From an uncultured Opitutales bacterium (lineage in GTDB: Bacteria > Verrucomicrobiota > Verrucomicrobiia > Opitutales > Intestinicryptomonadaceae), in the NCBI GenBank assembly GCA_934660865.1, contig CAKUIA010000007.1:1-32000 (forward strand): a DNA stretch of 32,000 bases. Direction: 5' to 3'. Position numbers and translations under genes: made by a program. Below the pieces are notes generated by a model. That model had not been told where the DNA came from. It searched no databases and worked only from the letters and a program-made list of their open reading frames with translations. Below, one piece after another: positions 24,704-32,000 of this stretch (within the stretch, counting starts at the first letter, position 1; every line of letters begins with the position of its first letter).

Positions 24704-26101
24704 ATGCCCGACAGCATTCTTATAGTAGACGACGAAAAACACACAAGAGACGGTCTTAAAGCAGCGTTATCTATAGACTACGATGTGGCTGGGGCCGCCA
24801 ATGTAGAGGAGGCAAAACGCCTTTTGCAGGCCGAAAAGTTCGACTTGGTGCTTACCGACTTAAGAATGGGCACACAGTCGGGAATGAGCCTTTTAGAGTA
24901 TGTAAAAAATTCCCACCCGAAATGCCTGTGCATTATGATGACCGCCTACGGAACCATTGCGTCGGCGGTAGAGGCAATGCGCAAGGGGGCGTGCGACTTC
25001 ATAACAAAGCCGATAGATTTGGACACTTTGGACGCGATAATAAAAAAGGCCCTCTCGCACCGCAAAAAAGAGGAGGCGCCCGCACCCCAGCAAAGCGCAC
25101 AAAGCACGGAGCAGCCGCAAAATAGGCAGTCGCAACCCCAAACGCCCGACGAAAAATTTAAAATAATTTCGCAAAGCCCCGTTTTCGAAAAAGTTTTGCA
25201 GGAGGCGAAAAAGGCCGCGGCTTCGAAAGCGACTATTTTGCTTACGGGCGAAACGGGAACCGGCAAAGAGCTTGTGGCGCACTACATACACAAAAACTCT
25301 CCGCGAAGCCAAAACCCTTTTGTGGTTGTGCACTGCTCGGCAATTCCGTCGACACTGCTGGAATCGGAGCTTTTCGGCTACGAAAAGGGGGCTTTTACGG
25401 GAGCCGTTGCCCGCAAAATAGGCAAGTTTGAGGCGGCCGACAACGGAACGGTTTTCCTGGACGAAATAGGAGAGATAGACGCAACTACGCAGGTAAAACT
25501 GCTGCGCTTTTTAGAGAGCAAAAGCTTTGAAAGAATAGGCAACACCGAAAGCATTACGGTAGACGCGCGCCTGGTTTGCGCGACAAACAAAAACCTTGCC
25601 GAAATGGTCGAAAGCGGCGAATTTAGGCAGGACTTGTTCTACAGGCTAAACGTGGTTCAAATTTGCCTGCCGCCTTTAAGGAAGCGCCCCGAAGACATAG
25701 AGCCAATGCTAAAATACTACATATCGTATTTTGCGAAGGAAAACGGGTTGCCCGAATTGGCGATTTCGAAAGGCGCTTTGGACATTTTAAAAGCGTATGC
25801 CTGGCCCGGCAATATAAGGGAGCTTAGGAACTTTTGCGAAAACAAAGTTGTAATGCAAAGCTCCGACACCATTACCGAAAGCGATTTGGACGGCAGGTTT
25901 GCGCTTAACGCAAGCGACTTTGCGTTGCATGCAAGCGCACCCGAAAATGCGGGCAGTCTTTCGAAACGCGACAACGAGTTGGCGCTTATAAAAAAGGCTT
26001 TGAAAGAAACGGGCAACAACAAGACAAAAGCCGCCGAGCTTATGGGCATTTCGCGCAGAACGCTGCACCGCAAATTAAACGAATTCGGGCTGGAGCAGTA
26101 G
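24704..26101 (+). CDS. Sigma-54-dependent response regulator (NtrC family): REC, AAA+ and Fis-type HTH domains
   Basis: 465 aa. The receiver domain shows DLVLTDLRMG, the Walker A is GETGTGKE, the sigma-54 contact loop is ESELFGYEKGAFTGA, and the C-terminal HTH is KTKAAELMGISRRTLHRKL. No histidine kinase gene lies adjacent. Confidence 0.92.
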   Translation: MPDSILIVDDEKHTRDGLKAALSIDYDVAGAANVEEAKRLLQAEKFDLVLTDLRMGTQSGMSLLEYVKNSHPKCLCIMMTAYGTIASAVEAMRKGACDFITKPIDLDTLDAIIKKALSHRKKEEAPAPQQSAQSTEQPQNRQSQPQTPDEKFKIISQSPVFEKVLQEAKKAAASKATILLTGETGTGKELVAHYIHKNSPRSQNPFVVVHCSAIPSTLLESELFGYEKGAFTGAVARKIGKFEAADNGTVFLDEIGEIDATTQVKLLRFLESKSFERIGNTESITVDARLVCATNKNLAEMVESGEFRQDLFYRLNVVQICLPPLRKRPEDIEPMLKYYISYFAKENGLPELAISKGALDILKAYAWPGNIRELRNFCENKVVMQSSDTITESDLDGRFALNASDFALHASAPENAGSLSKRDNELALIKKALKETGNNKTKAAELMGISRRTLHRKLNEFGLEQ

Positions 26102-26114
26102 CGGCCGTTGTGTC

Positions 26115-26143
26115 TTGACACGCGCAAAGCGGCTTGGTATCTT
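26115..26143 (+). promoter_or_regulatory. Promoter TTGACA-N17-TATCTT upstream of the SGNH hydrolase gene
   Basis: -35 at 26115-26120 and -10 at 26138-26143. The ATG at 26152 lies only 8 nt after the -10, which implies a leaderless or nearly leaderless mRNA. Confidence 0.35.
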
Positions 26144-26151
26144 TTGCGCGT

Positions 26152-26904
26152 ATGATGAAAAAATTATTTTGCATATTCCTTACGCTGTTAACTTCGTTTG
26201 CCCTGTTTGCGCAGGCAAACGCCCAAACAAACAAAAAAGAGCCGCAAAAGCCCAAGGCCGCACAAAAGGCCCAGCCAAGCCGCTACGGCATAGACTGGCC
26301 CAATTTCGGCAGATACCACAACGCAAATTTGCAGGTTAAAGAAAGGCCCGTTGCCGTATTTATGGGCGACTCGATTACCGACGGCTGGGCGCGCAGCGAC
26401 CCGAAGTTTTTTAGCGACAACAACTACATTGGCAGGGGCATTAGCGGACAAACTACAATGCAAATGCTTGTAAGGTTTAGACGCGACGTTGTAGACCTAA
26501 AGCCCGCCGCGGTTGTAATTTTGGCGGGCACAAACGACTTGGCGCTAAACAACGGTTTTATTGCAAAGGAAAACATTGTAGGCAACCTGATTTCCATGTG
26601 CGAAATAGCAAAGGCAAACAACATAAAAGTTATTCTTTGCTCGATTACGCCCGTAAGCGAATACAAGTGGAGAAAGGAAGTTAAAAACCCGGCCGAACTT
26701 GTAAGGCAGACAAACGCAATGATTAAACACTACGCCGAAAAGAACGACATAAAGTACCTCGACTACCACAGCGCGCTTGCCGACGAACTCGGCGGCTTGG
26801 CCGTTCCGAAACACTCGCACGACACCGTGCACCCGAATATGGACTGCTACAAGATTATGGAAAAAATGGTAAAGCAGGCCGTAAGCGAAGTTGTATCTAA
26901 ATAG
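26152..26904 (+). CDS. Secreted SGNH/GDSL hydrolase (acyl/acetyl-esterase)
   Basis: It has a signal peptide (MMKKLFCIFLTLLTSFALFAQA) and all four SGNH blocks: FMGDSITDGW, GISGQTT, LAGTNDL and DTVHPN. Confidence 0.85.
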   Translation: MMKKLFCIFLTLLTSFALFAQANAQTNKKEPQKPKAAQKAQPSRYGIDWPNFGRYHNANLQVKERPVAVFMGDSITDGWARSDPKFFSDNNYIGRGISGQTTMQMLVRFRRDVVDLKPAAVVILAGTNDLALNNGFIAKENIVGNLISMCEIAKANNIKVILCSITPVSEYKWRKEVKNPAELVRQTNAMIKHYAEKNDIKYLDYHSALADELGGLAVPKHSHDTVHPNMDCYKIMEKMVKQAVSEVVSK

Positions 26905-26930
26905 CGATTTTTAACACATTTTAATTTTTA

Positions 26931-26960
26931 AGCCGCAGTAAAACTACTGCGGCTTTTTTT
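26931..26960 (+). terminator. Rho-independent terminator
   Basis: AGCCGCAGTA-aaac-TACTGCGGCT is a perfect 10-bp stem followed by TTTTTT. Confidence 0.8.
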
Positions 26961-27021
26961 GCGAAAAAATTTGCCCCGTATTTTTGCGGCTGCACTTTTT
27001 CCCGTTAAATTTTTTCTGCCG

Positions 27022-27037
27022 CGGCACTTTTGTTGCC
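27022..27037 (+). promoter_or_regulatory. Candidate sigma-54 (-24/-12) promoter cGGCAC-N5-TTGCc
   Basis: CGGCACTTTTGTTGCC has GG at 27023-27024 and GC at 27035-27036, the canonical 12-nt register of TGGCAC-N5-TTGCW. It lies about 180 nt upstream of the decarboxylase ATG. Confidence 0.4.
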
Positions 27038-27214
27038 CCGCTTTTTCGCCGAAATTTCGGCAAAAATATGCGGTTATTAAGGGGATTTTTTGCGCAATTA
27101 TTTTTAGTTAAAAGCCTTGGGGTTTTGTACGATTGCCAAACTACGGAACAAAATTCCGCAACAAAAAAATGCGTCGCACGGTGCGCCGCAAAAATACAAG
27201 AGAAAGGAAATATT

Positions 27215-27799
27215 ATGTTATTGGGAACAAGATACCCCACTTTGGCTTTTCACACTGGCGGCGCAGGCCAGGCAGACGACGGAATACCGCCGCAGCCCTT
27301 CGAAACTTTTTGCTACGACAGCGCGCTGCTCGAGGCAAAGATAGAAAACTTCAACGTTGTGCCCTACACTTCGGTTTTGCCCAAGGAACTTTTCGGAAAC
27401 ATCGTTCCCGTAAACAAAGTTGAAAAACACTTTAAGCACGGCGCGGTTTTAGAGGTTATTATGGCCGGCAACGGAGCCAGACTTACCGAACACAGGGCAA
27501 TAGCGACGGGCGTCGGCATTTGCTGGGGCAAAGACTCCAAAGGCGAGCTTATAGGCGGCTGGGCGGCCGAATATGTGGAATATTTCGACACCTACATAGA
27601 CGACGACATTGCCCGAACCCACTGCGAAATGTGGCTAAACAAATCGCTAAAGCACGAGCTTGAAATACGCAATGTGGAAAAGCACAGCGAATTTCAAATA
27701 TTCCACAACTTTATAAACATCGAAAAAAGTTTCGGCTACTGCCTTACGGCGTTGGGATTTTTGAATTTCGAATTTGCCGAACCCGTTAAACTGAAGTAG
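27215..27799 (+). CDS. aaxB: Pyruvoyl-dependent arginine decarboxylase (PvlArgDC), chlamydial AaxB-like
   Basis: 194 aa from the ATG at 27215, with an AGAAAGGAAA ribosome-binding site upstream. [13 protein letters not shown] and [24 protein letters not shown]|SVLP place the self-processing Thr52/Ser53 pair exactly where it is described for AaxB. The track ORF from 26984 is an in-frame upstream extension. Confidence 0.85.
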   Translation: MLLGTRYPTLAFHTGGAGQADDGIPPQPFETFCYDSALLEAKIENFNVVPYTSVLPKELFGNIVPVNKVEKHFKHGAVLEVIMAGNGARLTEHRAIATGVGICWGKDSKGELIGGWAAEYVEYFDTYIDDDIARTHCEMWLNKSLKHELEIRNVEKHSEFQIFHNFINIEKSFGYCLTALGFLNFEFAEPVKLK

Positions 27800-27805
27800 A
27801 AAGGC

Positions 27806-29386
27806 ATGGAAATGTCCGACCAAAATTCGCCGAACGGCTCAGCCAAAAAACTCGGAACTTTGGGGCTTGCCGCCATTGTGGTAAGCTCGATGATTGGCGG
27901 CGGGATTTTCAGCCTTCCGCAAAATATGGCGGCCTCGGCGGGGTTGGCCGCAGTTTTAATAGCGTGGGTTATTACGGGCGTGGGCGTGTTTTTCATAGCA
28001 AACTCCTTTAAAACCCTTTCGTTTGTCAGACCCGACCTTACCGCCGGCATTTACATGTACGGCAAGGAGGGGTTCGGCAAATATGCCGGCTTTACGGTTG
28101 CCTGGGGCTACTGGCTTTGCCAGATTTTCGGCAACGTTGGATACGCGATAATTACAATGGACGCCCTAAACTACTTTTTCCCGGGCAAGTTTACGGGCGG
28201 CAACAACGCCCTTTCGATAATAATAGGCTCGCTGCTTATATGGGTGTTCAACTTTGCCGTGCTAAAGGGCACAAAGCAGGCCTCGGCAATAAACATAATA
28301 GGCACTATAGGAAAACTTGTACCTATCTTTGTTTTCATTATCGCCATGGTTTTTGTGTTCAATTTCGACAAATTCTCGTTCGACGTTTTCGGCAACCTTG
28401 CAACGCACGGCGAACACAATTTGGGTAGTTTGCCCGCGCAAATTAAAAGCACAATGCTTGTAACGCTGTGGGCGTTTATAGGCATAGAGGGCGCGGTTGT
28501 AATGTCGGGACGCGCAAAAAGCCAAAAGGACGTAGGCTACGCCACAATCCTTGGCTTTTCGGGCGGCCTGATTGTTTTTGTGCTGCTTTCGGTGTTGCCC
28601 TACGGCTTTATGTCGCAGGCCGAACTTGCCGACATAGCAAACCCGTCTACCGCCGGCATTCTCGAAAAGGCCGTCGGCACTTGGGGCGCATATTTGATGA
28701 ACATAGGCCTTATAGTTGCGGTTTTGGCAAGCTGGCTTGCCTGGACTATGATTACCGCCGAAGTTCCATTCGCCGCCGCAAACGACACTACTTTCCCGAA
28801 ATTCTTTGCGGCGCAAAATTCAAAGGGCGCTCCCAGCGCGTCGCTTTGGACGACAAGCCTTACAATGCAGGCCGCAATTTTGTTTGCCGCGTTTTCAAGC
28901 AACGCATGGAACACAATGCTTAGCATAACAAGCGTTATGGTGCTTTTCCCCTATTTTACAAGCATGCTGTTTTTGTGCAAATGCGCGTTTAGCGAATCGG
29001 TTTGCAGGGGAACGAACGCGCGCTTCTGCAAAAAGGCGGCTTTGCTTTCGGGAGTTGTGGGCGCAATATATACATTGTGGCTGATTTACGCCGCGGGCAT
29101 AGACTATGTTCTGCTTTCGGTGATATTTTTAACGCTGGGCATACCCGTTTACATTTGGGCGCAAAGGGAAAGAAATTTGCCAGCCTTCAACAAAACCGAA
29201 CGTCTGGCAGCAATAGTGCTTGTTGTCGTTTCGATTGCGGCAATAGTGCTAATGCTCGACCATAAACTGCCCGCATTCGACAACACAACGCAGCAAACAA
29301 CCGCGCAAACTACAAAGCCCGAGCAAAAGCACTCGAAGCTTATAAAGCGGCACGGGCACAGCCTTCCGATAAGGCAAAACCAATAG
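27806..29386 (+). CDS. Basic amino acid/polyamine antiporter (APA family, ArcD/AaxC-like); predicted arginine:agmatine exchanger
   Basis: 526 aa. SSMIGGGIFSLPQNMAASAG and GFGKYAGFTVAWGYW...GNVGYA closely follow the ArcD pattern. It starts 6 nt after the decarboxylase stop codon. A C-terminal ~45 aa hydrophilic T/Q-rich extension extends beyond the usual family length. Confidence 0.85.
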   Translation: MEMSDQNSPNGSAKKLGTLGLAAIVVSSMIGGGIFSLPQNMAASAGLAAVLIAWVITGVGVFFIANSFKTLSFVRPDLTAGIYMYGKEGFGKYAGFTVAWGYWLCQIFGNVGYAIITMDALNYFFPGKFTGGNNALSIIIGSLLIWVFNFAVLKGTKQASAINIIGTIGKLVPIFVFIIAMVFVFNFDKFSFDVFGNLATHGEHNLGSLPAQIKSTMLVTLWAFIGIEGAVVMSGRAKSQKDVGYATILGFSGGLIVFVLLSVLPYGFMSQAELADIANPSTAGILEKAVGTWGAYLMNIGLIVAVLASWLAWTMITAEVPFAAANDTTFPKFFAAQNSKGAPSASLWTTSLTMQAAILFAAFSSNAWNTMLSITSVMVLFPYFTSMLFLCKCAFSESVCRGTNARFCKKAALLSGVVGAIYTLWLIYAAGIDYVLLSVIFLTLGIPVYIWAQRERNLPAFNKTERLAAIVLVVVSIAAIVLMLDHKLPAFDNTTQQTTAQTTKPEQKHSKLIKRHGHSLPIRQNQ

Positions 29387-29417
29387 AGCGCATTTTTTAC
29401 GGCAAAACAGAATATGC

Positions 29418-29449
29418 AAACCGCACTTTTTTTTGGGTGCGGTTTTTTT
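29418..29449 (+). terminator. Rho-independent terminator of the decarboxylase/antiporter operon
   Basis: AAACCGCAC-ttttttttgg-GTGCGGTTT followed by a T-run. Confidence 0.7.
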
Positions 29450-29586
29450 GTGCCCGCACTACACACCTGCCGCCAAAATATGCGTAAAAATTTCGGGTTC
29501 GCAAAATATTTCAAATAAAAAAATTCTCGCAAAAAGCTCAAACCGTTTTTTGCGCGTTTAAAATATGCGCGCTATTGTAGGCGGCG

Positions 29587-30774
29587 ATGAACGCGAAAAA
29601 CATATCCTCGCTTACGGGAAGCTGCAACTTGCGAAACGGCTTTAACCCCATAAGAAATTTACGACCCGAAACACTGGCGAATGCGCTAGATTCCTTTTCG
29701 TTCGGAATACTCGCACCCGCCGCAAAAATATTTGCCGCAATTTTGGAAAGGGACGATCTTATAAGCGCCCTTGCCCTGAAAAGAAAAAAGGCTATATCTC
29801 GCCTGGACTACGAAATCGTAAAAAAAGACTTTTCGGAAAAGGCGGCGCAGCACGCAAAAATTTTGGCCGACTTTTACGGCTCTGTACGCGCAACAAGCTA
29901 CGCCGACGCAAATTTAAGCGGCTCTTTAAGGCTGCTTATTTCGCAGATGATGGACGCCGTTGCAATGAAATACAGCGTGCACAAAATAGCCTACAAATGC
30001 GTTAACGGCAAAGTTTGCGCAACGTTTACGCAGTATCCTTTGTGGCTTTTCGAAAACAAAAGCGGGCGTCTTAGGCTGCTGAAAAACGCAAACGACATTT
30101 CCTCGGAAGGCACGCAGCTAAACAAAAACGAGTGGCTTACAACCTGCGGCGACGGGCTTATGACGGCGTCGTCGATAGCGTATATATTCAAGCAGCTGCC
30201 GCTAAAAGACTGGCTTGTTTACTGCGAAAGAAACGGCATGCCCGGCATAAAGGCTAAAACCGACGCGTACCCGGGGTCTCCGCAATGGGAAGCCGCCTGC
30301 AAGGCGGTAAGCGATTTCGGCGCGGAGTTTAGCGCTGTGCTTTCGCAGGGAACCGACATAGACGCCATAGACATTTCAACTTCGGGCGAGCTGCCGTACA
30401 AGGCGCTGATAGAGCGCATAGACAAAACCTTGTGTTCGCTTTGGCGCGGCGCGGATTTGTCGACAATGTCGAACAAAGACTCTTCGGGAGCGAGCCTGCA
30501 ATGGTACGAAAGCTCGCTTTTGGAGGAGGACGACGTTTCGAACATAAACGAGACGCTGAACGAGAATGTAGACAAAACCGTTATCCGTTTGGCTTTGGGC
30601 GACGAGGAACCCCTTGCAAAATTCAAGCTAAAACTGCCCGACTACGAAATGCACAAAGACGAGCTGGACATAATAGAGCGTCTTGTAAAGTTGGGGCTTA
30701 AACCCGACACGGCAAAGTTGGCGAAAATGTTTTCGTTCCCCTGCAAAAAGGATACCGGCAATGAACAAGTTTAG
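29587..30774 (+). CDS. Phage portal protein, Mu gp29-like (DUF935)
   Basis: 395 aa. The N-terminal LERDDLISALALKRKKAISRLDYEIV corresponds to the DUF935 RDxHL...RK motif region. YCERNGMPG and the later SLWRGADLST region fit the family. Confidence 0.7.
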   Translation: MNAKNISSLTGSCNLRNGFNPIRNLRPETLANALDSFSFGILAPAAKIFAAILERDDLISALALKRKKAISRLDYEIVKKDFSEKAAQHAKILADFYGSVRATSYADANLSGSLRLLISQMMDAVAMKYSVHKIAYKCVNGKVCATFTQYPLWLFENKSGRLRLLKNANDISSEGTQLNKNEWLTTCGDGLMTASSIAYIFKQLPLKDWLVYCERNGMPGIKAKTDAYPGSPQWEAACKAVSDFGAEFSAVLSQGTDIDAIDISTSGELPYKALIERIDKTLCSLWRGADLSTMSNKDSSGASLQWYESSLLEEDDVSNINETLNENVDKTVIRLALGDEEPLAKFKLKLPDYEMHKDELDIIERLVKLGLKPDTAKLAKMFSFPCKKDTGNEQV

Positions 30775-31576
30775 CAAAACCCTAATCCAGATACTCTGCC
30801 CTTTCGGCAACTGGAAGCACCCAAAGGGAATGCAGATTGTCGACAAAATTTCGGGCGAAAAGCTGGCTAAAAATTTCGGCGGATTTTTCGGGGCAAAAGT
30901 TCCCGTATATATCGGCCACCCCGACGAAAACCCCGCAACGCGGCGCAATGCGAAGGCGGTGGGGAAAATAGAAAGGCTGTTTTTGTGCGAAAGCGCCATT
31001 GTTGCCGTTGCGCGCTACGAAAACGACACCTACAAAAAAATAGTTTCGGGCGAAATTTCGGCAATGTCGCCGCGCTGGCAAATGGAAAGGCTAAGCGGCG
31101 AAAATTTTAGACCAGTAAAGCTTGTTTCGGTGGGGCTTACAAACAACCCGAATATTCCGCAAAGCGGAAGCGTGCTTTTGGGCAAACTTGGCAGCATAAA
31201 CTTGGGCTGCGCTTTTGCCGCAAAAAAATGCGAAAAAGACGCGGCCCTATCGCTTTGCAGGGCAAAAAAGTGCGCGGCAATAACCCGCAAAATTTTGGCG
31301 CTGCAAAGCGAGCAAACCGGCAAAGCCGCAACAAAGATTTTGGCAAAAGCCGTAAGCAGCGGCGCAATAGACGCCAAGGAATGCGGCAAATGGCGCGAGC
31401 GTTTAAGGGCAAATTTTGCCGAGGCAAAAAGGCAGATTGTAAAAAAATCGGCACAAAGCCCGCAGCTTAGCGCGTCGGAAATCGTGCGCCTGGCAAGGGA
31501 GAAAATGCTGGAGCAATCGCTTGCGTGGGAAAAGGCGTACGAGGCCGTAAAAAACGAATACGGCGTGGAAATTTAA
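30761..31576 (+). CDS. Mu gpI-like head protease/scaffold protein
   Basis: 271 aa. ILCPFGNWKHPKG, VYIGHPDE, AVGKIERL, ISAMSPRW and VGLTNNPNIP follow the Mu-like prophage I protein pattern. The C-terminal half is helical and K/A/E-rich, like a scaffold. It overlaps the portal gene by 14 nt. Confidence 0.7.
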   Translation: MNKFSKTLIQILCPFGNWKHPKGMQIVDKISGEKLAKNFGGFFGAKVPVYIGHPDENPATRRNAKAVGKIERLFLCESAIVAVARYENDTYKKIVSGEISAMSPRWQMERLSGENFRPVKLVSVGLTNNPNIPQSGSVLLGKLGSINLGCAFAAKKCEKDAALSLCRAKKCAAITRKILALQSEQTGKAATKILAKAVSSGAIDAKECGKWRERLRANFAEAKRQIVKKSAQSPQLSASEIVRLAREKMLEQSLAWEKAYEAVKNEYGVEI

Positions 31577-31611
31577 CCTCCCATACGGGACAAAAAAAGG
31601 AACAAAAAACA

Positions 31612-32000
31612 ATGAAACTAAAAAAGTTATTGGCCGAAACGGCAAAAGCGTTGTCGGCAAAAATAAAACAGTGCGAATGTTTTGCCAACATAGCCGAAGG
31701 CACGCATTCGGGCTACATAACAATGACGGCCTCGGCCGACATATCGAAAAGCAACCTGTTGTTGAAACAAAATTCGCAGGGCTCGGTTAAAGTTGCAATG
31801 AAAGGCGAAATGCCTATAGGCACTTCGTGCGACTGCGCCGAACAGGGCAAAAGCCTCGGCGTGATATTGGCGGGCGTTGCCGAACAAACCGTGCTTTGCG
31901 TTGCCGCAGGCGCGGTTGCGGCGGGCGATACCGTATACGGAGCCGACAACGGGAAAGTTTCGGCAAGCGCGGCGGCCAACGCCTACAAGATTGGCGTAGC
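31612..32000 (+). CDS. Partial ORF, DUF2190-like phage head (decoration-type) protein; runs off the window
   Basis: My own translation is MKLKKLLAETAKALSAKIKQCECFANIAEGTHSGYITMTASADISKSNLLLKQNSQGSVKVAMKGEMPIGTSCDCAEQGKSLGVILAGVAEQTVLCVAAGAVAAGDTVYGADNGKVSASAAANAYKIGV... with no stop before the window end. Its position after gpI and the G/A/V-rich beta pattern fit DUF2190. Confidence 0.45.
   Translation, partial: MKLKKLLAETAKALSAKIKQCECFANIAEGTHSGYITMTASADISKSNLLLKQNSQGSVKVAMKGEMPIGTSCDCAEQGKSLGVILAGVAEQTVLCVAAGAVAAGDTVYGADNGKVSASAAANAYKIGV

Larger units (their letters stand above)
29587..32000 (+). mobile_element. Mu-like phage head-morphogenesis module (partial; left boundary about 29.45-29.59 kb, right end beyond the window)
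   Basis: Portal, gpI protease/scaffold and a DUF2190-like gene are tightly packed on one strand. The upstream neighbours are chromosomal genes closed by a terminator. Confidence 0.6.

Noticed and set aside
26984-27214. A 77-codon in-frame upstream extension of the arginine decarboxylase ORF.
   Set aside because: The extension is F/R/L-rich junk spanning a terminator-proximal leader. The family N-terminus ([14 protein letters not shown]), preceded by an AGAAAGGAAA ribosome-binding site, begins at 27215. That start places the processing site at Thr52/Ser53.
1-32000. A scan for CRISPR arrays, IS elements or transposases, integrases, toxin-antitoxin pairs, retron or DGR reverse transcriptases, and known defence-system signatures.
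   Set aside because: I saw no spaced direct-repeat arrays. No ORF shows transposase, integrase, RT, nuclease-helicase or NTPase defence motifs. The only long repeat is the tandem beta-helix duplication.

Overview
This 32 kb window looks like ordinary bacterial chromosome with moderate GC and the standard genetic code. It shows sigma-70-type TTGAC-N17 promoters and many hairpin plus T-run terminators. I support about 29 protein-coding genes and one tRNA.

Left to right:
- tRNA-Gln(CUG), followed by a decayed direct copy of its own 3' segment and about 0.6 kb of gene debris, including an orphan PEP-CTERM tail.
- A 5'-truncated YbaK/ProX-like ORF fused in frame to a DUF2867-like ORF.
- A lipoprotein, then glycan genes (a small phosphoglycosyl transferase and galE), then a small secreted protein.
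- A PAT-like GNAT acetyltransferase and a Bcr/CflA-type MFS pump.
- A BNR/Asp-box sialidase-like protein translationally coupled to an unknown membrane-anchored protein.
- A secreted esterase and an unknown membrane protein.
- A Fur-family regulator in an apparent operon with an unknown secreted protein and a DMT transporter. This operon is convergent with feoA-feoB plus a 59-codon Cys-rich gene missing from the ORF track.
- A secreted metallophosphoesterase co-transcribed with the first of two tandemly duplicated ~790-aa beta-helix proteins (2490-bp unit).
- asd, an L,D-transpeptidase, an orphan sigma-54 NtrC-type activator and an SGNH hydrolase.
- A pyruvoyl arginine decarboxylase plus ArcD-type antiporter pair resembling chlamydial aaxB/aaxC.
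- The start of a Mu-like phage head module (portal, gpI protease/scaffold, DUF2190-like) that runs off the window.

I found no rRNA, CRISPR array, transposase, integrase or recognisable defence system.

The most system-like candidates, all unproven, are:
1. The orphan sigma-54 activator plus a candidate -24/-12 promoter in front of the aaxBC-like acid-resistance pair.
2. The Fur / unknown protein / DMT operon facing feoAB-Cys-rich, with a tandem 8-N8-8 operator on the feo promoter.
3. The duplicated beta-helix / metallophosphoesterase locus, which carries an 80-nt perfect identity tract.
4. A Mu-like head module that begins at the portal with no terminase or transposition genes upstream.

PEP-CTERM, the sigma-54 activator and the chlamydia-type aaxBC pair hint at a PVC-group organism (Lentisphaerae or Verrucomicrobia-like). 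Sequence alone cannot establish this.
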